In this document: piece after piece, positions 16,630 to 24,045 of the stretch
How the letters are laid out: each line of letters begins with the position of its first letter
How positions within the stretch are numbered: the first letter of the stretch is position 1
NCBI GenBank assembly: GCA_036280855.1
Contig: DASUPZ010000239.1
Span: forward strand, 1-39,511
Direction: 5' to 3'
From: Pyrinomonadaceae bacterium
Lineage (GTDB): Bacteria > Acidobacteriota > Blastocatellia > Pyrinomonadales > Pyrinomonadaceae
DNA: 39,511 bases
Program-made: the position numbers and the translations under genes
Notes under the pieces: model-generated
Told to the model about the DNA's origin: nothing
The model's input: the letters and a program-made list of their open reading frames with translations, nothing else
Databases searched by the model: none

Positions 16630-16835
16630 TTGCAAGAAGCTGAGCATTTCTGCCGGTGGTGACAGGAAAAAGTTGCGAAGATTGTCCCGTATGGCCCGCC
16701 ATTAACATCAATAAAAGGTAGGAGGTCTTCTGCCGCTGCTGCTGCGGCAACTTAATGGTTCCAATAGCCTCCGGCAATTAATTGGTTCCATCTTTTCGGA
16801 AAGTACAAACTATTTCAATTCCTTCGGAAATTGTC
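16630..16835 (+). repeat. Non-coding repeat module, copy A (conserved ~75-nt block plus a pair of phased 20-nt direct repeats)
   Basis: Block TTGCAAGAAGCTGAGCATTTCTGCCGGTGGTGACAGGAAAAAGTTGCGAAGATTGTCCCGTATG..CGCCATT, then CGGCAACTTAATGGTTCCAA (16745-16764) and CGGCAATTAATTGGTTCCA (16772-16790), then TTTTCGGAAAGTACAAACTA...ATTCCTTCGGAAA. It is near-identical to 19757-19978. Confidence 0.8.
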
Positions 16836-16839
16836 ACCC

Positions 16840-17079
16840 GCCATCGTCCAACTCTTTCTATTTAGGCCGGTAGCGAAATTGGGAGGAGTGATCTCGCGTC
16901 CCGACGGTCACGATTGGTCAGGCCTCACCGGTTACGTGCAGTCGCTGTTAGACAACGTTCTGCCCAATTTAAAATCGCCGGTGGCGCTAATCTGTGGTTC
17001 GAAAGAGATGATCGATCAAACGCGCGAGCGTCTCGGCAAGATGGGTTTCAATCCCAACGAAATCCTCACGAACTATTAG
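16840..17079 (+). pseudogene. 3' stump of an FNR-like (FAD/NAD(P)-binding) oxidoreductase gene
   Basis: The frame reads ...GVISRPDGHDWSGLTGYVQSLLDNVLPNLKSPVALICGSKEMIDQTRERLGKMGFNPNEILTNY*. This matches the C-terminal W-x-G-x-x-G-x-V ... CGP-x-x-M ... L-x-x-x-G pattern of ferredoxin-reductase-type NAD-binding domains. The FAD-binding and Rossmann N-terminal parts are absent, and the homology starts right at the edge of repeat module A. Confidence 0.5.
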
Positions 17080-17465
17080 AACTGCGTTGGCGACATTTAC
17101 AGTTGACGACATTTTGATTGACAATGCCGGCGTGATGCGCAAGACTAAGCCGTCCTAAAAACAATCCCCGATGCCTAGAGTAGTTCTCACAGGTTTTTGA
17201 CTCTGATAAGGCACGAGCCTCGCGTTCCAAGCCTTCAGGTAAATAGCAACCTAACATCCAGGAATCGCAAAGCGCTGGTGAGTGCTCGCTTTGCAGTCGC
17301 AACTTGGTTGTTCTGCATCGCTCTCTGTGTGTGCGCCTCCCGCCGCACGTGAGTTTCACCACAGCACTCAAGTCTGATCGCTAGAGTTTTCACCTGCCCG
17401 CCGCTCTTCGGGAGCGTCTAGCGGTGTTCCCTCGATCAGCAACCCGCTGTGTAAAGGAGATCTGT

Positions 17466-18383
17466 ATGAGCTTGATTAAGGGTCTGCAACGAAGATCGTT
17501 GTTAGCTATCGCAACGGTAATCGCATTCCTTGTTTCAGCCGGAACCGCCGTTTGGTACTCGTCCAAACTACCGGCCAAAGCCTCTGTTGAGGATAAACAG
17601 AATATTCAAAGCCAATTGCGTAAAGGCATCGGAAGCGAAGTCCGATTCGCGTCCAGGCCGGAGCAGGCGCTGGAAGCGATCGAGTTAGTAGCCGAGTTCA
17701 TTCACTCGCGCTCTGGCATGAAGCTGTCCGACGAACTGAAAAAGAAACTCGCGAAGGCAGAGAGCGATGTGCTCAACGGCAAGTCGCGATACATCAGCCC
17801 CACTGAGTTGACCGACGATCTGACAACCGCCGTCGTTGAACGGTTGGGAACTCTAACCGACAAAGAAATTCACATGGCTGCGGAAGCATCGACTGACGCG
17901 AACGGCGAGATCCGCTCGCGCGCCAACGCCAAGTGGGGAGTACTGAGCAAAAACGAGTTGATTCACCAGGCGCATGCCGGTCGCGAATGGAGCCGGCGTG
18001 GAGATGCCGGGCTGCAAGTCGGACTGCGTTCCATGATCGAAGGAGAAGTTAACGATCGCGTGAGCACGCTTGGCACCAATCTCCCCGAGCAATTCGGAAC
18101 GGTGAACTCCAAAGGTTTCACACCGACGCAAGCACTTGTGATCGCGTACTCCGTTGCGGCTGACGATCCGTTGACTAATTCCCGCAGCGACCTCGCGCAG
18201 ATGTTGAAGGAGCAGAAAATGGCAGCGGGGCTGACGAGGGAACAATGGCACGCCCAAAAAAATAACTCCGGAGCCCCTTACGGTCCGCGCGGGTGGCTTC
18301 ATCCTTCGGCGTCACAACTGTTCTTCACCAAAGTCTCATTGGACAAGATCCTGAACCTCAACGAAGGAGGTGCAAAGCAATGA
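17466..18383 (+). CDS. Hypothetical N-terminally membrane-anchored protein
   Basis: SD AAGGAG lies 6 nt before ATG 17466. One N-terminal TM helix (SLLAIATVIAFLVSAGTAVW) precedes a ~270-aa hydrophilic, helix-rich domain with no motif I recognise. The stop overlaps the next start (ATGA at 18380-18383). Confidence 0.6.
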   Translation: MSLIKGLQRRSLLAIATVIAFLVSAGTAVWYSSKLPAKASVEDKQNIQSQLRKGIGSEVRFASRPEQALEAIELVAEFIHSRSGMKLSDELKKKLAKAESDVLNGKSRYISPTELTDDLTTAVVERLGTLTDKEIHMAAEASTDANGEIRSRANAKWGVLSKNELIHQAHAGREWSRRGDAGLQVGLRSMIEGEVNDRVSTLGTNLPEQFGTVNSKGFTPTQALVIAYSVAADDPLTNSRSDLAQMLKEQKMAAGLTREQWHAQKNNSGAPYGPRGWLHPSASQLFFTKVSLDKILNLNEGGAKQ

Positions 18384-19063
18384 AAAAGATATCGCTTTTT
18401 GCGCTTCTTACTGTGGTGCTTTTTCTTTCGGGTTGCGGCGGATCCTCCAGCCCGAGCAGTTGCACCTTCAACAACCTTACACCCGGTGTTTGGTACCGGG
18501 TCCATTACGTCTTTCCCACCACGATCCCGCCGATAGTTGAAACCCGTATAGCCAATTCGAGCGGCAGCATCACCGTTCCGTCGCACGGGTATCAGTGCTA
18601 CAACCTGACAGTGTTTGCGGTTACCAACTCTAATCTGAGCCTCTCCGCAAGCCCGTCTTCGGTGAATTTAACGAGCCCGCCTGGAACGGTCACCATCACC
18701 GGCCAGAGTTTCGATGCAACGTACGCCATGCCGAGGGTTGAGTATTTCGCCGACGGTTATATGGTCGGAGCGGTAACTGCGAACTCCGTCTCGGGTAGCA
18801 CCTCGTTGGTGGCCCCAGTGCCGGACCTTTCTGGTGTTTACTCCGGCACCTATTTCATACGTGTCACCAACATGACATCGCAGGGCTACTATCTACATAT
18901 CGTCGGCACTGCCACCATGACGGGCTGGGGAAATGATCGGCCTGACAGTGACGGTGACGGCTGGTATGACGATATGGATTGTGCTCCTTACGATCCGGTT
19001 TATGGCAACGACTGTATGACTTACTGTGGTGGCGGGATGGAGCCAATCACAATCTGTCCCTGA
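18380..19063 (+). CDS. Hypothetical lipoprotein with a C-terminal Asp-rich, Cys-containing (thrombospondin type-3-like) motif
   Basis: Lipobox LFLSGC in MKKISLFALLTVVLFLSGCGG. Ser/Thr-rich beta-type sequence. The C-terminus DRPDSDGDGWYDDMDCAPYDPVYGNDC resembles DxDxDGxxDxxDxCP calcium-binding repeats. Translationally coupled to the upstream gene. Confidence 0.65.
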   Translation: MKKISLFALLTVVLFLSGCGGSSSPSSCTFNNLTPGVWYRVHYVFPTTIPPIVETRIANSSGSITVPSHGYQCYNLTVFAVTNSNLSLSASPSSVNLTSPPGTVTITGQSFDATYAMPRVEYFADGYMVGAVTANSVSGSTSLVAPVPDLSGVYSGTYFIRVTNMTSQGYYLHIVGTATMTGWGNDRPDSDGDGWYDDMDCAPYDPVYGNDCMTYCGGGMEPITICP

Positions 19064-19103
19064 GTAATTTTTCAGCTTTCGAGCTTTTGGCAAGATTAAT
19101 TCC

Positions 19104-19146
19104 GAGGGGAAGTGAGCTTTACTGTTCACTTCTCCTCACGTTTTTT
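19104..19146 (+). terminator. Rho-independent terminator after the lipoprotein gene
   Basis: GAGGGGAAGTGA (19104-19115) pairs with TCACTTCTCCTC (19126-19137), 12 bp with one G-U and a 10-nt loop, then ACG and TTTTTT (19141-19146). Confidence 0.7.
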
Positions 19147-19756
19147 ACAGGTCAGGAAGGAAACGCAGTCACCGATGGGGCAAAGTCTCTCAACAGGGCT
19201 TACAAGCAGGAGCGTCCGCTCGAAGTGCGGGTGACGGGAATGTCTTACGCGCCGTATTCGGTGAAGTGTGGAAGCGAATCGGAAAGCGTTGACCATCGCC
19301 CGCGACCTCTCGCGCTTTTTTCTGCTCGGCGGCGCCTCTGACGATTCCGATTCTGCGACGCTTCACGCCATCGGCCGCCGCCAACCGGGAAGTGATCACC
19401 GGAAAGATGATCCCGCTGGGGTTGGCTTGGCTTATGAATATGCCGCACACTTTTTAAAAAGCAATCTTCTAGTCAAGACAAGCGGACGGAACGATAAGGA
19501 TTCTGCTCGTGAAAGATAATGAGATGGTCGCAGTTCTTCAATCTTTCCTCGGCATTGCTGTAGCCCACGAGGTAGGTGTACATCAGAGGCGTGTATCTTT
19601 AACTAGAGCGGCGCGCCTTGCGTCATAAAGCCCAGTAAGCTTCAGTTCAGGTCCGATCATAAGGAGGGGAGTTGACTAGCATTCCAGAGGAGTCATCCGA
19701 CCCGACCTTTTGAAGCGGCCTTTAATCGGCAGTTTACATCTTCGAACTCAAAGCTC

Positions 19757-20070
19757 TTGCAAGAAACTTAGCATTTCTGCCCGTGGTGACAGGAAAAAGT
19801 TGCGAAGATTGTCCCGTATGCTACGCCATTTTCTTTCAAAGACTTACACTTACTTACTGGTGTAACTTGAACGAATAATTTGCCGCTCCGGCAACTTAAT
19901 GGTTCCAATAGCCTCCGGCAATTAATTGGTTCCAATTTTTCGGAAAAAGTACAAACTACCCTAAATTCCTTCGTAAAGTTAGCCGCTTCCTTTAGAAGCT
20001 GTTCTCGGCAACTTAATGGTTCCAAAAGTGCCCGGCAATTTAATGGTTCCAATTTCCGGAAAAGTACAAG
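19757..20070 (+). repeat. Non-coding repeat module, copy B (same block as copy A plus two pairs of phased 20-nt direct repeats)
   Basis: Block TTGCAAGAAACTTAGCATTTCTGCCCGTGGTGACAGGAAAAAGTTGCGAAGATTGTCCCGTATG..CGCCATT. Site pairs start at 19889/19916 and at 20006/20033, each pair followed by TTT(T)CGGAAAAGTACAA. Same orientation as copy A. Confidence 0.8.
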
Positions 20071-20390
20071 AGGGTTGTGAACTACTGCTTGCTATCCTTA
20101 ACCGCTCTGTTTAATCCATTTCGCGACTCGGGTCGCCAGGGGTAGGCATGTAGTTGGTCCTTCCATCATTAGCAATGACAATCTAAGATTAGCGATCGTC
20201 ATGCTAAGCAAATCTCCAGGGTCCGAATTCTCCGGGACGCAGATGGCGAAGTCGAAGACGTGGCGGTCGGCGATTCTCTGGCGGAGATTCTCGATGTTGA
20301 TGCAAATATCACCGCGAGATGCGACCTACCACAGCTTGAAACTCGTTTACGCGCTTGGAGACGCCTGACTATGGAAGGGATAACAAAACT

Positions 20391-23300
20391 ATGAAATACA
20401 CGAAACCTCTCCTTCGTCGTTTTCTTTGCCTTTTGTGTTTCGTGTGTGGCTTCAGCGTCGTCTTCATTGCGATTGAACCCAGGACAATTTCTCATTCGCG
20501 AGAAGTGCCTCGACCGATAGACGAAACAATAACGCTCGACTTCGACGCGCCGGACTTCGCCGCTGGAAGCTCGGTCGGGCAAATAGGCGACATCTCCTTC
20601 GGACCTGCTGCAACGGTGTTTACCCCGACGCGCGTCGCGACGTTTTCGGGCACGCAGGCGCTGAAAGTGTCTGCGACCTGCGCGACCCCGGAATGCACCA
20701 ACGGCGCCTACCGCATGGGCATCCGTTTCGGCCAGCCGCTACCCGGCGGGGCCTGGCTGCCGCGTCGTGCCGAAAGCGTGTCGATGCGCATCGGCGCGGA
20801 TGCGATAGCATCTTTTTGCTTCCCCGAAACCAGTTGCCCTATTTACGCCCGTCTGCGAGGTTTCGACGACCGGAACAATCCCGTCGCTGACTCCTTTGAC
20901 GTCTTTCTACTTGATTCCTCGTCGCTAGTGAATAACGGCGCATACAGCGCGCCCATCACTCGCGAGATCTCCATTCGCGACCCGCTGGCGAGGATCGTTA
21001 GTGTGACACTCGTTTACGGCAAGGACACGTTCAACCACGACTTCCAACCGATGTTTCCGGGCGAGCCGCAGATCGATCACCTCGTAGTGAAGTTTACCGA
21101 CAGGGTGGCCCAGCCTGTACCAACTCCCGCCGCACCGGTGATTCGCATTCATGAGCCCATCAGTGGAGGGCAGGCTTTTGTGCCATACCGCGTGCGGCTC
21201 CGCGGATCCATCACCGCCGCAGGCGGCCTCGCGGCGTTCTGTTACCGCGTGAATGCGCCGGTGCCAATCAGCGACGACTGTCGCAACAACACGGATCTGC
21301 GATCCGACAACACTTTCGATATCGATGTTCCCGATAGCTTGCTCGGCAAGGGCGCTAACACGCTGGCCGTGACGGTGTACGACTTCTATGGTCAGCGCAG
21401 CACCCAATCCGTAACCATCACGACAGTACCGCCGCCCCCGCCGGTCATCACCATCTACACACCGACCAACAACCAGTGGATCGATCCGGCGAGTAACCTC
21501 TCGCTGACCGGAACCGTAGGCACTATAGGCGCGCTTAAGGGATTCTGTGTTCGCATCGATGCGACCACGGTTCCGGCTCCCGGCACCTGCGTGCAGGATC
21601 TAGGGGCCATCAAGACCATGAATACCGCCTGGCAGCCGTTATTCTTCACGACACCGCTGATGCCCAGTCGCCTAACGACAGGAGGACATCAAATCTCCGT
21701 GTTTGCGGTCGACCGCTGGGATCAGATGAGCCGCAAAGATGTAAACGTGAGCACACCGACAGACTTTCGCATCGTCGCCATGGAAATCAACCAGGGCGTT
21801 CAGACGTTCGACATTCCACTAAACATCAGCGGCGTCGCGCCTTATAACGGCGTAAATCTGCGTGCAGGCGTGCCCACTGTCGTGCGCGTCTTCGCGAATA
21901 CACCGTTTGCCGGCAGCTACAGTGGCACGCGAATGTTGCTGAACGGCTTCGTGCCCGATCCGCGCCTCGGCGAACGCCAGATTGGCGCTCGGCTGCCCGA
22001 CAGTTCACCCGCGACGCTCACTACGGGCAGCCTGGGTGTTCCCCCATCAATGCGCGCCGATCCGAACGGCGCATTTGTGTTCACGCTACCTGTTGAATGG
22101 ACCAGGCAGAATGGCCTCAGACTCCAGGCGAAACTACTGTTGCCCTTCGGGGCCCAGGAATGCCCGACGTGCGCAACGAACAACGAGTTTTCCGTCGTCT
22201 CCATCAACTTCGGCCCCGCCATCGCCGTGAAGATAGCCCCCGTGGCTTTGACCTTCACTGATCCTATCGCCGGTACCCTCCAGCCTCCGCCGCCTCCTGA
22301 AGATGTGCTTGACTGGGCATTCACCATTTCGCCGATGGCGCGGGCTTCAGCAACGGTGCTGCCTTACGTCGGAACCATCGACGTCACCGACCTGGTGGGA
22401 TCGGGCGGTGATTGCCGCACCTGGAGCACCATTTGTGAAAGCAGAATCTATTCGCGCATGCGTATCTTCCATTCTCAGAATCCGCAGGACGCCTATTGGC
22501 TCGGCTTGGGACGAGTAGACGTCGGCTACACCGCGACGCCGATTGCAATAGCTGACACACGTCAACCAAAGATCGCAGTAGCGCACGAGTTCTATCATGA
22601 GCTCGGATACTTTCACGCGAGCCCATGTGGCAATAACGCCAATCTGTACATCATGTGGCCTCCGGATCAGAAGGGATTCATACACGGCGTCGGTCTCGAC
22701 CGGCGCCAGAATCTCCGCGACAGCAGCGGCGCATGGTCCGGTCGCTATACCATCCTCATGCCCGGAACGGCAGGAACGGCAAGCGGGCCGACCGACTACT
22801 ACGATCTGATGTCCTATTGCGCTACGGAGACCAACGCGTGGATTTCGGTAGAGAATTGGAATTCGTTTGGCGGACCGTTTCCAAATGGCTTGTTCCCGGA
22901 CGGCTTCCTTTATGGTGATACAACGGCGACCGTCAGGTCGATGTTGACAGCGCAGACTCAAAACCCTGTCGAGACCAGGGAAGACTCGTTACTGGTCCAG
23001 GCCACGCTTGATAAGAATGGTCGCGCGCAGATCCTGCGTGTCGCACCGGCCGGCAACGAGGTTCTGCGGAGACCAATAAAGAGTGCATACGAGTTTGTCG
23101 TGCGCGATTCGCGGCGTGCGGAAATCGCGCGTGTCCCATCGATCGTGCAGCTCGCCAGCGGTCGCGGCGAACCGGCGGAGAGGTTGGTGCTGTTGACTGC
23201 TATCGTGCCCGCGAAGGATGCTGCTTCAATCGAAGTCCAGTATGAAGCCAAAGCCATAGGCGAGATCCATCGCAGTAAGTCACCGCCGTCGCTCACACTG

Positions 23301-23864
23301 CCATATATGGACCAGGGAGCTTATGCTTCACGAGACAAACCGCTGGATCTGACCTGGGTTGCGAAGGACGGCGACAACGACCCGCTCGAAGTGCGAATCG
23401 AGTTCTCGCCCGCGCGTGACAAGCCCTTCAGAACCTTGTTCGTCGGCCCGAACCGCGGATCGTGGAGCGTGCCGGGCAGGCTTCTCTCGGCGACTAAAGA
23501 GGGACGACTGCGCATCGTGGCGAACGATGGCTTCAACGAGAGCGAACGGATCATCGAACGGATCACCGTAGCGCCAGCACCGCCCGCGCTCGAGATTCTC
23601 GCGCCTGCGGCTGGAATGATCTTTCCCGACACGACGCCGATACGGCTCCGCGCCGCGGCGTTCGGCGATGCGGATGCACCTCTTTCCGGGGACCAGATCC
23701 GCTGGTCGCTCGACGGTCGCACGATCGGCACGGGCGTGGAAGTCGAGGTGCTCGACCTCAAGCCCGGTAAACATGTTGCGAGCGTGACGGCCAGCGACGG
23801 CAGGCTCACGAGCCGCCGAGAAGTGGCGTTCATCGTGCGCGCGTCCGATCGGAAGTACGAATGA
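20391..23864 (+). CDS. Large secreted or membrane-anchored protein with a metzincin-type zinc-peptidase motif and tandem Ig-like modules
   Basis: N-terminal hydrophobic signal/anchor (FLCLLCFVCGFSVVFIAI). HEFYHELGYFH (22584-22616) fits HEXXHXXGXXH, and a downstream YYDLMSYC is a candidate Met-turn. Two homologous ~100-aa modules each start PVIxIxxP, and there are C-terminal beta-rich modules. ATG 20391 is preferred over the in-frame TTG at 20355. Confidence 0.7.
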   Translation: MKYTKPLLRRFLCLLCFVCGFSVVFIAIEPRTISHSREVPRPIDETITLDFDAPDFAAGSSVGQIGDISFGPAATVFTPTRVATFSGTQALKVSATCATPECTNGAYRMGIRFGQPLPGGAWLPRRAESVSMRIGADAIASFCFPETSCPIYARLRGFDDRNNPVADSFDVFLLDSSSLVNNGAYSAPITREISIRDPLARIVSVTLVYGKDTFNHDFQPMFPGEPQIDHLVVKFTDRVAQPVPTPAAPVIRIHEPISGGQAFVPYRVRLRGSITAAGGLAAFCYRVNAPVPISDDCRNNTDLRSDNTFDIDVPDSLLGKGANTLAVTVYDFYGQRSTQSVTITTVPPPPPVITIYTPTNNQWIDPASNLSLTGTVGTIGALKGFCVRIDATTVPAPGTCVQDLGAIKTMNTAWQPLFFTTPLMPSRLTTGGHQISVFAVDRWDQMSRKDVNVSTPTDFRIVAMEINQGVQTFDIPLNISGVAPYNGVNLRAGVPTVVRVFANTPFAGSYSGTRMLLNGFVPDPRLGERQIGARLPDSSPATLTTGSLGVPPSMRADPNGAFVFTLPVEWTRQNGLRLQAKLLLPFGAQECPTCATNNEFSVVSINFGPAIAVKIAPVALTFTDPIAGTLQPPPPPEDVLDWAFTISPMARASATVLPYVGTIDVTDLVGSGGDCRTWSTICESRIYSRMRIFHSQNPQDAYWLGLGRVDVGYTATPIAIADTRQPKIAVAHEFYHELGYFHASPCGNNANLYIMWPPDQKGFIHGVGLDRRQNLRDSSGAWSGRYTILMPGTAGTASGPTDYYDLMSYCATETNAWISVENWNSFGGPFPNGLFPDGFLYGDTTATVRSMLTAQTQNPVETREDSLLVQATLDKNGRAQILRVAPAGNEVLRRPIKSAYEFVVRDSRRAEIARVPSIVQLASGRGEPAERLVLLTAIVPAKDAASIEVQYEAKAIGEIHRSKSPPSLTLPYMDQGAYASRDKPLDLTWVAKDGDNDPLEVRIEFSPARDKPFRTLFVGPNRGSWSVPGRLLSATKEGRLRIVANDGFNESERIIERITVAPAPPALEILAPAAGMIFPDTTPIRLRAAAFGDADAPLSGDQIRWSLDGRTIGTGVEVEVLDLKPGKHVASVTASDGRLTSRREVAFIVRASDRKYE

Positions 23865-23940
23865 AGCTGTCGAATTAGTCGGAGTAGGACCACATCTTTA
23901 TTGAGGAGTGGCTTTTGCCGGGCGGCGGGCTTGGATAAAG

Positions 23941-24045
23941 GTCAGTACCACCTGCGGTAGCGGGTGGGTCAACCATCCAAACGCGAAATCAATAGAATAC
24001 CGCGTGTTCATGATCTACCCACCCGCTACCGCAGGTGGTACTGAC
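23941..24045. repeat. Perfect 29-bp inverted repeat (long hairpin / MITE- or REP-like element)
   Basis: GTCAGTACCACCTGCGGTAGCGGGTGGGT (23941-23969) and its exact reverse complement (24017-24045) are separated by 47 nt. Confidence 0.9.

Noticed and set aside
16756-16775. TGGTTCCAATAGCC inside the repeat unit as a sigma-54 (-24 GG / -12 GC) promoter.
   Set aside because: The GG-to-GC offset is 10 nt rather than the 12 nt of TGGCAC-N5-TTGC, and the other copies of the unit lack the GC element.
19190-19450. Minus-strand ORF starting MCGI..., reminiscent of Ntn glutamine amidotransferases (AsnB, GlmS, PurF).
   Set aside because: Nothing after the first four residues resembles those families. It is probably a chance ORF in non-coding or decayed DNA.
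19150-19500. Plus-strand frames reading ...AKSLNRAYKQERPLEVRVTGMSYAPYSV... then ...LTIARDLSRFFLLGG..., which could be a frameshifted remnant of a TPR/CHAT-type protein N-terminus.
   Set aside because: The resemblance rests on a vague recollection of one motif (ElRxxGxxYAP), there are several frame changes, and there is no start codon. This is insufficient to call even a pseudogene.
16745-20052. Short regularly spaced direct repeats (CGGCAA.TTAATGGTTCCAA) as a possible CRISPR array.
   Set aside because: There are only two units per cluster, the 'spacers' are just 7 nt, the repeat is 20 nt, and there are no cas genes. The architecture does not fit CRISPR.
20925-23893. Multiple 100-200-aa minus-strand ORFs inside the metzincin gene (20925..21407, 21917..22327, 22347..22961, 22958..23296, 23321..23893). 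Similar shadow ORFs lie opposite nadE, the HEAT-PPIase gene and the alpha-2-macroglobulin gene.
   Set aside because: These are typical antisense shadow ORFs of GC-rich coding sequence: Arg/Ser/Pro-rich, with no motifs, and fully nested in a better-supported gene.
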